DNA from: Chloroflexota bacterium
Lineage (GTDB): Bacteria; Chloroflexota; UBA6077; JACCZL01
DNA length: 64,000 nucleotides
Assembly: GCA_030447245.1 (NCBI GenBank)
Contig: JAUJPG010000004.1
Coordinates: 16,843 to 80,842 of the forward strand
Reading direction: 5' to 3'
Position numbers and translations under genes: made by a program. Shown here in pieces: positions 31,860 through 42,205 of this stretch (its first letter is position 1; each line of letters starts with the position of its first letter). The notes beneath the pieces were generated by a model. The model was not told the origin of the DNA. It was given only the letters and a program-made list of their open reading frames with translations, and searched no databases.

Positions 31860-34469
31860 CTAGTCGCTCCAGCGGATGAGGCCGAGACGGGCAGGGGTGG
31901 AGCCGTCGAGAGACTGGGCAGGATGGCGGGGGGTAACGCGGACGGCGTAGCCGTGGCGACCGCTACGCTCGCCGGGGACGCCCCGGCCCCCGAAAACCCA
32001 GCAGCCTGGCTTGAGCTCGAGGTCCGGCTCGAGCTCGACCAGCGTCGGCCCTGTCAGCATTCCCTGCCCATCGATCGGCCCAAGCGCCAACTGGACGAGG
32101 ACCTCGGACGGGCCTAAGGAGCCCAGGTGCACCTCGGTCTGGAGGTCGAAGTGCCCGCCGGAGTCGAGCGTATCCGGGATGCCACGGACGGAGCCAATGC
32201 GCACGGCCGGCCACTGCTCGACGACCCGGGCCGACCAGGCGGCTAACTCGCGAGCGGGGTCCAGGCCGTTCGACGCCAGTCGGCGTACTTCGGCGGTGGA
32301 GGGCTCATAGAATCGGGCGGCATACTCTTCGACCATCCGATCGGTGTTGAAGATCGGCGGCAGCGCGCTCATCGACGCCCGCATGCGCGAGACCCAACCC
32401 TGGGGCACGCCGGCCGCGTCGCGCTCGTAGAACAACGGGACGATCTCCCGCTCGAGCAGGTCATACAGTGACTGGGCCTCGACCTCGTCCTGGCTCTCGG
32501 CAGCTTCATAGAAGCGGCGATCGCCGATCGCCCAGCCGAGGCCCGGCCGGTACGCCTCGTCCCACCAGCCGTCGAGCGTTGCGACATGGAGCCCGCCGTT
32601 GGCGACGGCCTTCATGCCACTGGTCCCACTGGCCTCGAGCGGACGGCGCGGGGTGTTGAGCCAGACGTCCACGCCCTGGACCATCCAGCGCGCCACGCCG
32701 ATGTCGTAATCCTCGAGCATCACGATCTTGCCACGGAGCTCCTCGCTCCGCGCCAGCTCCACGAGCCGCCGGATCAGCTCCTTGCCGCCGTTGTCAGCCG
32801 GGTGGGACTTCCCCGCGTAGATGAACTGGACCGGGCGACCGGCGGCCGTGATCAGGCGGATCAGCCGGGCCGGATCGCGCAGCATGAGCGTGGCGCGCTT
32901 GTATTCGGCAAAACGACGGGCGAAGCCGATCGTCAGCGCGTGGGGATCGAGCGCCTCGACAGCCCGGCCGACCTCGCCCGGTCCGGCGCCTTGACGGGTC
33001 AGCTGCGTGTTCAGCCGCGCGCGGACGTAGTGGACCAGATCGGCGCGCAGCCGTTCGTGTCGCGCCCAGAGATCGCGGTCCGAGATCGTCTCCACGGCGC
33101 GAGGTCGATTGCCGGCCCGGAGTCCCAGCCGCCCCGGGGGTCTGTCACCGTTGGCGCCATCATCGTCCGAGGCATCATCAGTTTGGGCAGCGCCAGGGCG
33201 CTGGAGCTCGGCCATCTCGGGCGCCAGCCATGAGGGGAGGTGGATACCGTTGGTGACGCTGTCGATCGGGACCTCGCCCTCCGCCAGGCCTGGCCAGACC
33301 CTCCCCCAGATTCGGCGCGACACGCCACCGTGAAGCTTGCTGACGCCATTACTGTGACCCGCCAGCCGCAGCGAGAGCACGGTCAGTGAGAACGGCTCGT
33401 GCTCGTCGCGCGGGTCTAGCCGCCCGAGCGTCATGAACTCGGTCCGGGAGAGCCCGAGCTCACGAGAGTAGCCGCCCAGATAATGGTCGATCATGCCGGC
33501 GTCGAAGGCATCGTGACCGGCCGGCACCGGGGTGTGTGTCGTGAAGACCAAACCGGCCGACGCGGCGCAACGACCCTCGGCGAAGCTCAGCTTGTGCTCC
33601 TGCATGAACTGGCGGATGCGTTCCAGGGCCAGGAAGGCCGAGTGCCCCTCATTGAGGTGACAGACTTCAGGCCGCAGGCTGAGCGCATCGAGCGCGCGCA
33701 GGCCGCCGATCCCAAGCAGCAGCTCCTGACGAATCCGCATGTCGCGGTCACCGCCGTACAACTGATCGGTGATCGATCGGTCCTGCTCGGCATTCGATTC
33801 GACGTCGCTGTCGAGCAAGTACAGCGCGGTCCGTCCGACCTGGACGTGCCAGACCCGCGCGGCGAGGTCACGACCCGGAAACTGGAGGTGGACCATCACC
33901 TGGTTGCCCGAGGCGTCCAGGGCCGGCCGGACCGGAAGCTGGGCCGGGTCGTTGTCGTGATGGGCCTCTTCCTGCCAGCCGTCCAGGCGGAGCCGCTGCA
34001 GGAAGTAGCCACGGCGATAGAACAGGCCGACTCCAGTCAGGTTGAGGCCCAGATCGCTGGCCGACTTGAGATGGTCGCCGGCCAGCACGCCCAGCCCGCC
34101 GGAGTAGATCGGCAGGCACTCGGACAGGCCGAACTCGGCGCAGAAGTAGGCGACGCGTGGGCGCTCGGCCCCATCGGCCCCGTCACCATCCAGATAGGCT
34201 GCCAGTTCGGCGGCGGCGCCGGCCAACTCGCGCCGGTAGCCCTGGTCGCGTGCCATCTCGTCGAGCCGGGCCTGGTCGATCGTCCGAAGCAGCAGGATGG
34301 GGTTGTGGTTGGTGGCGGCCCAGCGAGCGGGGTCCAGGCGGCGGAACAGGTCGGCGGCCTGGGGGTCCCAGCTCCAGCGCAGGTTATAGGCAAGGTCGAC
34401 CAGCGGCGCCAGCGCGGGTGGAACCTTCGAGACAACGGTGAAGATGCGAGATGGTCGGATGATCGTCAC
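31860..34469 (-). CDS. glgP: alpha-glucan phosphorylase
   Basis: 869 aa; HLNEGHSAF and pyridoxal-phosphate region typical of GT35 maltodextrin/glycogen phosphorylases. Confidence 0.85.
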   Translation of the reverse strand: MTIIRPSRIFTVVSKVPPALAPLVDLAYNLRWSWDPQAADLFRRLDPARWAATNHNPILLLRTIDQARLDEMARDQGYRRELAGAAAELAAYLDGDGADGAERPRVAYFCAEFGLSECLPIYSGGLGVLAGDHLKSASDLGLNLTGVGLFYRRGYFLQRLRLDGWQEEAHHDNDPAQLPVRPALDASGNQVMVHLQFPGRDLAARVWHVQVGRTALYLLDSDVESNAEQDRSITDQLYGGDRDMRIRQELLLGIGGLRALDALSLRPEVCHLNEGHSAFLALERIRQFMQEHKLSFAEGRCAASAGLVFTTHTPVPAGHDAFDAGMIDHYLGGYSRELGLSRTEFMTLGRLDPRDEHEPFSLTVLSLRLAGHSNGVSKLHGGVSRRIWGRVWPGLAEGEVPIDSVTNGIHLPSWLAPEMAELQRPGAAQTDDASDDDGANGDRPPGRLGLRAGNRPRAVETISDRDLWARHERLRADLVHYVRARLNTQLTRQGAGPGEVGRAVEALDPHALTIGFARRFAEYKRATLMLRDPARLIRLITAAGRPVQFIYAGKSHPADNGGKELIRRLVELARSEELRGKIVMLEDYDIGVARWMVQGVDVWLNTPRRPLEASGTSGMKAVANGGLHVATLDGWWDEAYRPGLGWAIGDRRFYEAAESQDEVEAQSLYDLLEREIVPLFYERDAAGVPQGWVSRMRASMSALPPIFNTDRMVEEYAARFYEPSTAEVRRLASNGLDPARELAAWSARVVEQWPAVRIGSVRGIPDTLDSGGHFDLQTEVHLGSLGPSEVLVQLALGPIDGQGMLTGPTLVELEPDLELKPGCWVFGGRGVPGERSGRHGYAVRVTPRHPAQSLDGSTPARLGLIRWSD

Positions 34470-34662
34470 CTACAACAACTAGCAATCGGCGGCGGGCGGC
34501 CAGTATAGCGCGCCGAGGCTTCCGAGGATGGGTCAGGGGCGCGTTTGGTATACTTGGAGGCGTACCCTGGACGCCATGACGGCGCGGCGCCGCGAGCCGC
34601 GCCGTTCTTTTGTCCGCGGCCCAGCGCACTGGCGTGTGGCGGGCCGCGTCCGCTGGAGCCAC

Positions 34663-36552
34663 ATGCTGACCGAGAACGCCCTGACCGCTGCTCCACCAAA
34701 CGGGATTGGGCTACGGACCGATCTCCGCAACATCGCGATCATCGCTCACGTCGACCATGGCAAGACGACGCTGGTCGACGGGATGTTGAAGCAGTCGAAC
34801 ATCTTCCGCGCCAACCAGGACGTCGGCGAGCTGATCCTTGACTCGAACGCGCTCGAGCGTGAGAAGGGGATCACGATCCTATCGAAGAGCACCGCGATCC
34901 GCTTCCGCGGAGTGACGATCAACATCATCGACACGCCGGGTCACGCCGACTTCTCCGGCGAGGTGGAGCGGGTCCTCAACATGGCCGACGGCTGCCTGCT
35001 GCTGGTGGACGCGGTTGATGGGCCGATGCCGCAGACCCGGTTCGTTCTACGCAAGGCGCTCGAGCTGAACCTCCGACCGCTGGTGGTGATCAACAAGATC
35101 GACCGCCCGAATGCACGACCCGCCGCGGTGTTGGACATGGTCCAGGACCTGTTCCTGGAGCTGGCGACCCACGAGGAGCAGCTTGAGTTCGAGGTCATCT
35201 ACACGAATGCTCGCGAGGGTCAGGCAAGCAGCGATCCGAGCCGGCCAGGAACGTCGCTCGTCAGCCTGTTCGAGGCGATCGTCGAGCACATTCCGCCACC
35301 GCGCGCGGACCTGGACGGACCGTTTCAGATGCTGGTTACGAGCATCGATTACGACGACTACCGCGGGCGTAGCGGGATCGGGCGGATCCAGCGCGGGCGG
35401 ATCGGGGCAGGGGACGCGCTGGTCGTCCTGGGTCGGGATGGAGCAGCCACACCTCAGCGGGGGAGTTTGATCTTTCGCTTCGAGGGGCTCCGCCGGGTGC
35501 CGGCTGATGACGCCCGCTCCGGCGACATCGTGGCGATCGCCGGGTTGGAGGGCGTCCAGATCGGCGACACGGTTGCCGCGGCGGACGCGCCCGAGGCACT
35601 GCCCCGGCTCGAAGTCGAGGAGCCCACCGTCCAGATGACGTTCGGCGTCAATACGTCCCCGTTCGCCGGCCGCGACGGCAAGCACGTGACGAGCCGTCAG
35701 CTTCGATCGCGGCTCTGGCGCGAGTTGGAGACGAACGTGGCGCTGCGCGTCGAGGAAACCGACACAGCCGACGTCTTCCTGGTCAGCGGGCGCGGCGAGC
35801 TCCACCTGTCGATCCTGGTCGAGACGATGCGTCGTGAGGGATACGAGTTTGAAGTCTCACGGCCTCAGGCGATCACTCGGGTAGTGGACGGGCACGTGCA
35901 GGAGCCCGTCGAGCAACTGGTCATCGACACCGACGAGGCGTCCATCGGGGCACTGACGGAGCAACTGGCCAAGAGGCTCGCTCAGCTCACGAACTTGCAG
36001 AATGATGGGTCCGGGCGAGTCCGGCTGGAGTACACGATCCCAACGCGCGGCCTGATTGGCTTCCGCAACGCGTTTCTGACGATCACGCGCGGCGAGGGCC
36101 AGATGGCGAGCTTGCTGCTCGGGTTCGAGCCGTGGCGCGGGGCGCTCGCCGCCGATCGCAACGGCGCGCTGGTTGCGTCGGAAGGGGGCAGCGCGGTCAC
36201 CTTCGGGCTGGCGAATGCCCAGGGCCGCGGCCAGACCTTCATCGAGGCGGGGACCGAGGTGTACGAGGGGATGGTGGTCGGCATCAATAGCCGCGAGGAC
36301 GACCTGACGGTCAACATCTGCAAGGAGAAGCAGAAGACCAACATCCGCTCGTCGACGTCTGACATCGCGGTGCGGTTGACGCCACCAGTCAAGCTGAGTC
36401 TGGAGGAGGCGCTCGACTTCCTGGCAGCCGACGAGCTGCTCGAAGTGACCCCCAGGGCGTATCGCCTCCGCAAGCGCCTGCTCAGTGCCGACGATCGGGC
36501 CAAGGTCCGCAAGCGCGCAGCCTGGGGCGACCAGCGGCCCGCCAAGGGGTAG
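34663..36552 (+). CDS. typA: translational GTPase TypA/BipA
   Basis: [30 protein letters not shown]-motifs and EF-G-like domains; start at MLTENAL inside track ORF 34528..36552. Confidence 0.9.
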   Translation: MLTENALTAAPPNGIGLRTDLRNIAIIAHVDHGKTTLVDGMLKQSNIFRANQDVGELILDSNALEREKGITILSKSTAIRFRGVTINIIDTPGHADFSGEVERVLNMADGCLLLVDAVDGPMPQTRFVLRKALELNLRPLVVINKIDRPNARPAAVLDMVQDLFLELATHEEQLEFEVIYTNAREGQASSDPSRPGTSLVSLFEAIVEHIPPPRADLDGPFQMLVTSIDYDDYRGRSGIGRIQRGRIGAGDALVVLGRDGAATPQRGSLIFRFEGLRRVPADDARSGDIVAIAGLEGVQIGDTVAAADAPEALPRLEVEEPTVQMTFGVNTSPFAGRDGKHVTSRQLRSRLWRELETNVALRVEETDTADVFLVSGRGELHLSILVETMRREGYEFEVSRPQAITRVVDGHVQEPVEQLVIDTDEASIGALTEQLAKRLAQLTNLQNDGSGRVRLEYTIPTRGLIGFRNAFLTITRGEGQMASLLLGFEPWRGALAADRNGALVASEGGSAVTFGLANAQGRGQTFIEAGTEVYEGMVVGINSREDDLTVNICKEKQKTNIRSSTSDIAVRLTPPVKLSLEEALDFLAADELLEVTPRAYRLRKRLLSADDRAKVRKRAAWGDQRPAKG

Positions 36553-36662
36553 GACCGTCTCGGGCTGGTCGTCAGAGGCAAGGCGCCTGTTCATCGGCGC
36601 GCACACCGCGCGTCCCGAGCGGCCAGACATGGCGACCGGTCCTGCTCCCGGAGTGATCCCCC

Positions 36663-37535
36663 ATGCCTGAGTGTCCCGCGGGCGACTGGCGAGAGTTCGA
36701 CCTGGCGCCAGGTGAGCGGGCGGCCTACGAGGTCACGCGGGTCCTCTATCGCGGCAAGACTCGGTTCCAGGAGGTCGAGATCGTCGAGACACGGGCGTAC
36801 GGACTCGCCTTGTTCCTGGACGGGTCGCCGCAGTCGGCGGTCGTTGACGAGTTCGTCTACCACGAAGCGCTAGTCCACCCTGCCCTCATCGCTCATCCGA
36901 ACCCGCGGCGCGTCCTGATTGCCGGCGGCGGTGAGGGGGCCACGCTGCGCGAGGTGCTGCGCCACCCGAGCGTCGAGCGCGCGACGATGGTCGACATCGA
37001 CGGCGAGCTGGTCGAGCTGGCCCGCCGCTATCTGGAACCGATGCACGGCGGGGCATTCGATGACCCACGCGCGGACGTGGTCATCGGCGACGCCCTGGCC
37101 TTCCTGCGCGAGCGCGAGGCGCGCTACGACGCGATCGTGGTCGACCTGGTGGATCCGAGCGACGAGGGGCCGGCCGTCGAACTGTACGGCGAAGAGTTCT
37201 ACCGCCGGGCGCGATCTCGGCTTGACGATGGCGGCGTCCTGGCGACCCAGGCGTATAGCTTCGCGCTCCACAACCTGAACTGGTTCACCAGGATCGTCCA
37301 GACACTTGGACTGGTGTTCCCGGTCGTGCGGCCCTATCGGGCCGAGATCCCGTTCTTCAAGGACAGCTGGGGCTTCTGCGTCGCCTCGGCCCTGCGCGAC
37401 CCGACGGCGCTCGGCCCGCTGATGGTAGATATGGCGTTGACCCAACGCGGCCTGGAAGAGCTCAGCTTCTACGACGGCGACACCCACGCCGCGATGTTCG
37501 CCATCCCAAAGTACGCTCGCGCTCGTATGGGTTGA
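36663..37535 (+). CDS. polyamine aminopropyltransferase paralogue (spermidine synthase-like)
   Basis: SpeE fold with VLIAGGGEGATLREVL (GGGEGA in place of the GGGDGG seen in the operon copy) and IVVDLVDPSDEGP. Confidence 0.75.
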   Translation: MPECPAGDWREFDLAPGERAAYEVTRVLYRGKTRFQEVEIVETRAYGLALFLDGSPQSAVVDEFVYHEALVHPALIAHPNPRRVLIAGGGEGATLREVLRHPSVERATMVDIDGELVELARRYLEPMHGGAFDDPRADVVIGDALAFLREREARYDAIVVDLVDPSDEGPAVELYGEEFYRRARSRLDDGGVLATQAYSFALHNLNWFTRIVQTLGLVFPVVRPYRAEIPFFKDSWGFCVASALRDPTALGPLMVDMALTQRGLEELSFYDGDTHAAMFAIPKYARARMG

Positions 37536-37572
37536 CCCTACCGCACCGTGATTCGGAGCTTTCGCACGTCTG

Positions 37573-37597
37573 CCCCGCCGTGGTGCGCACGGCGGGG
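37573..37597 (+). terminator. stem-loop immediately downstream of the speE paralogue
   Basis: ccccgccgtg-gtgcg-cacggcgggg, 10-bp perfect stem; no clear U-tract. Confidence 0.3.
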
Positions 37598-37891
37598 GTC
37601 CGCCAGAACTCTGGGCGACCCATCTGCCGAGCTCGGTTGCCGGAGCGGGGCAGTACGATCAAGTGGTTGTCGCGAGACGCGTTAGACTGCCACGCCTGGG
37701 AGGAGATCGAGCATCTCGGCATCAGCCCCAATCTACAGTAGGATCATGCGTTCGTGGCCCTCAGCATGGTCCTGTACGCCACGCGCCAGCCTGAATCCAA
37801 GAGCACGACCGCGCCGAAGAAGGTGTCGGGGCTCAGGATGCCGCGTACCTCGCGGTCGCGTGCATGGAGCGCCTGAGCCGAAATAGGGGAT

Positions 37892-40402
37892 GTGGATACG
37901 CCCAACAGAGCACCCGCATGGAGCATTGGCCTGGTGATACGCGTGGTGCGTGGTGTTGCCCTGGTAGTTGGCGTCACCGCCTGGGTCGCGTACCTCGGGC
38001 GGCTGCTCCTCCGCGCGCTGCACATGCTTCAGTTGGAGGGGTATCAATCCGCGCGGTTTCTGCACTGGTCGACGAAGAAGGCGGAGCGCTGGGCGCGGAG
38101 TGACCGCGCCGCGCTCGCGGTGGTCGCGGGGGCGATCGGCCTCGCGGGGCGGTCCGCGCCTGGTGGCCGGCCGGCATTCGCCGCCGCGGTCTGGGCCGTG
38201 ATCGGGGCATGGCTGCTGCGAGGGGCGACGTTTGGAGCGGCCAAGAAGCCGCTGGTGCTGACCCCGCGGGCCAGGCGCCTACTGGCCGGCGAGGCGTTCA
38301 TAGCAAGCGTGGCGGCGATCGGGCCGGCCGCGTGGCTTGCGATCCGCGGGCGGCCAGACGCGGGGGCAGGCCTGTGCGTCGGGATCTCCGCGGCCAGCCT
38401 GTTGGTGCCGACAATCGCGGCAGGCGCGAACGTGCTGCTCTGGCCGATCGAAGAGGGGTTCCGGCGCTACTACCTGCGCGATGCGAAACGGCGCCTGCGG
38501 GCGTGCGGACCGACGGTGATCGGCGTCGCGGGCTCGTACGGCAAGACAAGCACCAAGGAGTTCATCGCCGCGATCCTGGGGCGGCAGCGACGGGTGCTCA
38601 AGGCGCCCGGGTCCTACAACACGCCGATGGGGCTATGTCGGGTGATCCGCGAGCACCTAGAGCCGGGCCACGAGCTGTTCGTCGCGGAGCTGGGCGACTG
38701 GGTACCTGGTGACATCCGCTTTCTTTGCGAACTTGTCGACCCGAAGATCGGGGTGCTGACGACGATCGGACCAGAGCACCTCGAGCGATTTAGAACCCTC
38801 GACCGGGTGGTCCAATCCAAGGCCGAGCTGATCGACGCGCTGCCGCCGGACGGGGTCGCCGTCGTCAACCAGGACGACTCGCTGGTCCGTGGGCTCGGCG
38901 AGCGGGCCTCGGCGCGTGGGCTGCGGGTCGTCCGCTACGGCCTGGGCGACGACGCCGACGTCCAGGCCCGCGACGTGCAGACGACGCGTGACGGTCTCCG
39001 GTTCGTGGTGGACGCGCAAGGCCACGGGGTCGCCGAGCTACGGGTCGGTGTCCTCGGACGGCACAACGTGTCCAACCTCCTGGCGGCGGCGGCAGTGGCG
39101 CTCCAACTGGGGATGTCGCTGGAAGACATCGCGGAGGCGGCGTCGACAATCGAGCCGGTCGAGCACCGCTTGCAGCCGATTCGTGGGACTGGTGGAGTGC
39201 TGGTGATCGACGACGCTTTCAATGCCAACCCTCGCGGAGCCGCCGAGGCGCTCGACGTCCTGGCCGAGCTGGGGACCGGCCCTGATGGCGGACGACGCAT
39301 CCTGGTGACGCCGGGGATGATCGAGCTAGCCGAGCGGGAGTGGGACGAGAACAAGGCGTTCGGGCGCAAGGCGGGCGAGGTCTGCGACGTCGTAATTCTG
39401 GTTGGTCCGAAGCGGGCCAGGCCGATCCTCGCGGGCCTCCGCGTGGCAGGCTTTCCGGCGGACCAGACCCACGTCGTACGCAACCTGGCCGAAGCCACGG
39501 AGCGCCTGCAAGGGCTGGTTCGATCAGGCGACGCGGTGCTGTTCGAGAACGACTTGCCGGACACCTACGACGAGAACGGGACGACCGACAGCCTGGCTAT
39601 GCCGCCAACCGAAACTGTCGAGGGCGAACGCCCCACCGGTTCGGTCATCGTGGACGGCCTACGGGTCACCTACCGCGAGGAGGGCGCGGAGACCGGGCGA
39701 ACACCGGTCGTCGTGCTGCACGGATGGGGAGCCAGCAGCGGGGCCGTCGTTTCGATCCAGCGATGCCTCGGAGGCGAGCGGCGGACGGTCGCGCCGGACC
39801 TGCCGGGCTTCGGCGCGAGCGACCTGCCGCCAGAGATCTGGGGCACGGCCGACTACGCCGCGGCCGTGCGCGCATTTCTGCGGGAGGTGAAGATCGAGCG
39901 GGCCAGCTTCGTCGGCCACTCGCGCGGCGGCGGGATCGCGATCTTTCTGGCGGCGACCGCGCCCGAGCTGGTGGACAAGCTGGTGCTCGTCGACAGCGTT
40001 GGCATTCGGGCGCACCGCGGTCCTGGCTATCGCGCTCGCGTGCTGGCATTCAAGGCCGCGCGGCGGGTGGTCGCCAGTCGGTGGACGCGGAGGATCCAGC
40101 CGCTTCAGGAATGGTTCGAACGGCGGTTCGGGTCGGCGGACTACCGCCAGGCGGGCGCGATGCGCGGAACCCTGGTCCGCCTTGTCAACGAAGATCTGCG
40201 GGTGCTGCTGCCGCGAATTCAGGCGCCGACGTTGCTGATCTGGGGCGACCAGGACGAGGACACGCCGATCTCGGACGGCAGACAGATGGAGGAGCAGATC
40301 CCGGATGCAGGACTGGTCGTGTTCCCGGGCGCCGGGCACTTTTCGTACGCGGACGACCCCGGCCGATTCTGCCGCGTCGTCGACCACTTCCTCAAGAACT
40401 GA
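37892..40402 (+). CDS. Mur ligase family protein (MurF-like) with N-terminal membrane segment and C-terminal alpha/beta-hydrolase domain
   Basis: VIGVAGSYGKTSTKE P-loop, GPEHLERF, HNVSNLLAAAAVA, IDDAFNANP Mur-ligase motifs; then a continuous frame into VVVLHGWGAS...FVGHSRGGGIAIFLA...GAGHFS (GxSxG nucleophile elbow and His); N-terminal 200 aa hydrophobic. Confidence 0.65.
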   Translation: MDTPNRAPAWSIGLVIRVVRGVALVVGVTAWVAYLGRLLLRALHMLQLEGYQSARFLHWSTKKAERWARSDRAALAVVAGAIGLAGRSAPGGRPAFAAAVWAVIGAWLLRGATFGAAKKPLVLTPRARRLLAGEAFIASVAAIGPAAWLAIRGRPDAGAGLCVGISAASLLVPTIAAGANVLLWPIEEGFRRYYLRDAKRRLRACGPTVIGVAGSYGKTSTKEFIAAILGRQRRVLKAPGSYNTPMGLCRVIREHLEPGHELFVAELGDWVPGDIRFLCELVDPKIGVLTTIGPEHLERFRTLDRVVQSKAELIDALPPDGVAVVNQDDSLVRGLGERASARGLRVVRYGLGDDADVQARDVQTTRDGLRFVVDAQGHGVAELRVGVLGRHNVSNLLAAAAVALQLGMSLEDIAEAASTIEPVEHRLQPIRGTGGVLVIDDAFNANPRGAAEALDVLAELGTGPDGGRRILVTPGMIELAEREWDENKAFGRKAGEVCDVVILVGPKRARPILAGLRVAGFPADQTHVVRNLAEATERLQGLVRSGDAVLFENDLPDTYDENGTTDSLAMPPTETVEGERPTGSVIVDGLRVTYREEGAETGRTPVVVLHGWGASSGAVVSIQRCLGGERRTVAPDLPGFGASDLPPEIWGTADYAAAVRAFLREVKIERASFVGHSRGGGIAIFLAATAPELVDKLVLVDSVGIRAHRGPGYRARVLAFKAARRVVASRWTRRIQPLQEWFERRFGSADYRQAGAMRGTLVRLVNEDLRVLLPRIQAPTLLIWGDQDEDTPISDGRQMEEQIPDAGLVVFPGAGHFSYADDPGRFCRVVDHFLKN

Positions 40403-40535
40403 TGGACGACACCAGACGCCGCGTGTCTGAAGAGCAGGACCGGCTGCGTTTCATTTCCGGTGTCTGCGCGGCGGCGCTTGCCATGCACCCGTACAATGCC
40501 GCGCGAACCAAGGCGGACATAGCTCTGAGGGTGGA

Positions 40536-41768
40536 ATGACTGATCTAAGGCGCAAGCGGCGCGTGGCCGTGCTGTTCGGGAGTCGCTCGGTCGAGCACGA
40601 GGTCTCGATCATCTCGGCGATTCAGGCGATGGACGCCATGGACCCGCGCCGCTACGAGCCGCTGCCGATCTTCATCACCAGGCATGGGCGCTGGGTGACG
40701 GGGCCGGACTTGCGGAGGATCGAAGCGTACCAGGACCTGCCAGCGCTGCTCCGACGCTGCCGACCGGTCTACCTGCGGCCGGAGCCGTACGAAGCTCGGC
40801 TGTTCATGGAAGAGTCCGGTCTCATCGGCGGGCGGCGGACACGCAGCACGATCCTGGACGCGGTGTTTCCGATCATCCACGGAACGTTCGGCGAGGACGG
40901 CACGATCCAGGGCCTCCTGGAGCTCGCAGACGTGCCGTACGTCGGCGCCGGGGTGGTCGGCTCGGCGGTCGGCATGGACAAGATCATCATGAAGGCGGCG
41001 TTCCGGGCGGCCGGGCTGCCAACGGTCGAGTACCACTGGTTCACTCGACCGCGCTGGGAGCGCAGCCGTGAGGACGTGCTCGCGGAGGTCGAAGCCAGGC
41101 TGCGCTACCCGCTCTTCGTCAAGCCCGCGAACCTCGGGTCGAGCGTCGGAATCACCAAGGCGCAGAACCGCGACGACCTGGCCGACGCGATCGACGTGGC
41201 CGCCCACTACGACCGCCGCCTGCTGGTCGAAGAAAGCTTCGAGGGGGCGACCGAGATCAATTGCGCGGTGCTCGGCAACGGCGACCCTATTCCCTCGGTC
41301 TGCGAGCAGCCAGTCAGGTGGACCGACATCCTCAGCTACGAAGACAAGTACCTGCGGAGCGCCAACGGCAAAGGCAAGCGCCAGCGGGTCGGCGCCAAGG
41401 GCGCGGGTGACGGCGATGGCGGAATGGCCGGGGCAGATCGCCGCATTCCAGCCCCGATCTCGGACGATCTGACAGCCGCCGTCCAACGCCTGGCGGTCGA
41501 GTCCTTCGTTGCCATCGACGCTGCCGGCCTGGCGCGTGTCGACTTCCTCGTTGACGAGGAGAGCGGGCGAATCTGCGTCAACGAGATCAATACGCTGCCT
41601 GGATCGCTGTCGTTCTACCTGTGGGACCCGAGCGGTATCCCGTTCCCAACGTTGATCGATCGCCTGCTGGAGCTGGCGTTCGAGCGGCATCACGAGCGCC
41701 GGCAGACGACGTTCACCTACGACAGCACCCTCCTCCAGCAGATGGCCAGCGGCTCGAAGCAATCGTAG
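40536..41768 (+). CDS. ddl: D-alanine--D-alanine ligase
   Basis: VAVLFGSRSVEHEVSIISA, HGTFGEDGTIQGLLE and ATP-grasp C-terminal EINTLPG motifs. Confidence 0.85.
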   Translation: MTDLRRKRRVAVLFGSRSVEHEVSIISAIQAMDAMDPRRYEPLPIFITRHGRWVTGPDLRRIEAYQDLPALLRRCRPVYLRPEPYEARLFMEESGLIGGRRTRSTILDAVFPIIHGTFGEDGTIQGLLELADVPYVGAGVVGSAVGMDKIIMKAAFRAAGLPTVEYHWFTRPRWERSREDVLAEVEARLRYPLFVKPANLGSSVGITKAQNRDDLADAIDVAAHYDRRLLVEESFEGATEINCAVLGNGDPIPSVCEQPVRWTDILSYEDKYLRSANGKGKRQRVGAKGAGDGDGGMAGADRRIPAPISDDLTAAVQRLAVESFVAIDAAGLARVDFLVDEESGRICVNEINTLPGSLSFYLWDPSGIPFPTLIDRLLELAFERHHERRQTTFTYDSTLLQQMASGSKQS

Positions 41769-41772
41769 GCCC

Positions 41773-41798
41773 CCGAGCGGCGTGGGCGACCCGCTCGG
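41773..41798 (+). terminator. stem-loop immediately after the ddl stop codon
   Basis: ccgagcgg-cgtgggcga-cccgctcgg, 8-bp stem; no U-tract. Confidence 0.3.
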
Positions 41799-42205
41799 AT
41801 GTGATGGGACCGTGACCACAGGGTTCTCCCCGCGGCCGCTCGGCAGATGTACACTGCCGCCGTCAGACGCGGCCGAGCCGAATGGTGAGGCCGGGTGACA
41901 GCGGCAGGCCGTTCCTTCGCGAGTCGCCGCTGGTTTTCCGCAGTTGGGGCGGCGGCCAACGCCCCGTTCGTGGTCTGGCCGGGCAGCCCGGGAGGCGCAA
42001 GCTTCTCGGGCTGTTTTCTTGTCCGCCGCCCGGGGCGCTGGCGAGGCTCGGATTGGGACATCCCTCCTGTGACCCCGTACATTTACCGGGTCAGAGCAGA
42101 CAGCGTGGTATAGAGTAGTCTCACGGCAACCGGCCACTGCCGGAGGCGTCCCGCACCCTGCGCAGGGTGCCCCCGGGGCGAGTGGCTGGTGGGGCACAGC
42201 GCCAG

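Noticed and set aside
33483-34508. 341-aa ORF on the plus strand
   Set aside because: Antisense to glgP.
41769-42205. Possible structured RNA gene (tmRNA, RNase P RNA or SRP RNA) in the 440-bp ddl-regulator gap
   Set aside because: GC-rich with hairpins, but none of the conserved signatures I know (tmRNA 3' end with CCA acceptor, RNase P P4 AGGAAAGUCCGG, SRP domain IV) could be found by eye; better explained as terminator plus promoter region. An Rfam scan would settle it.
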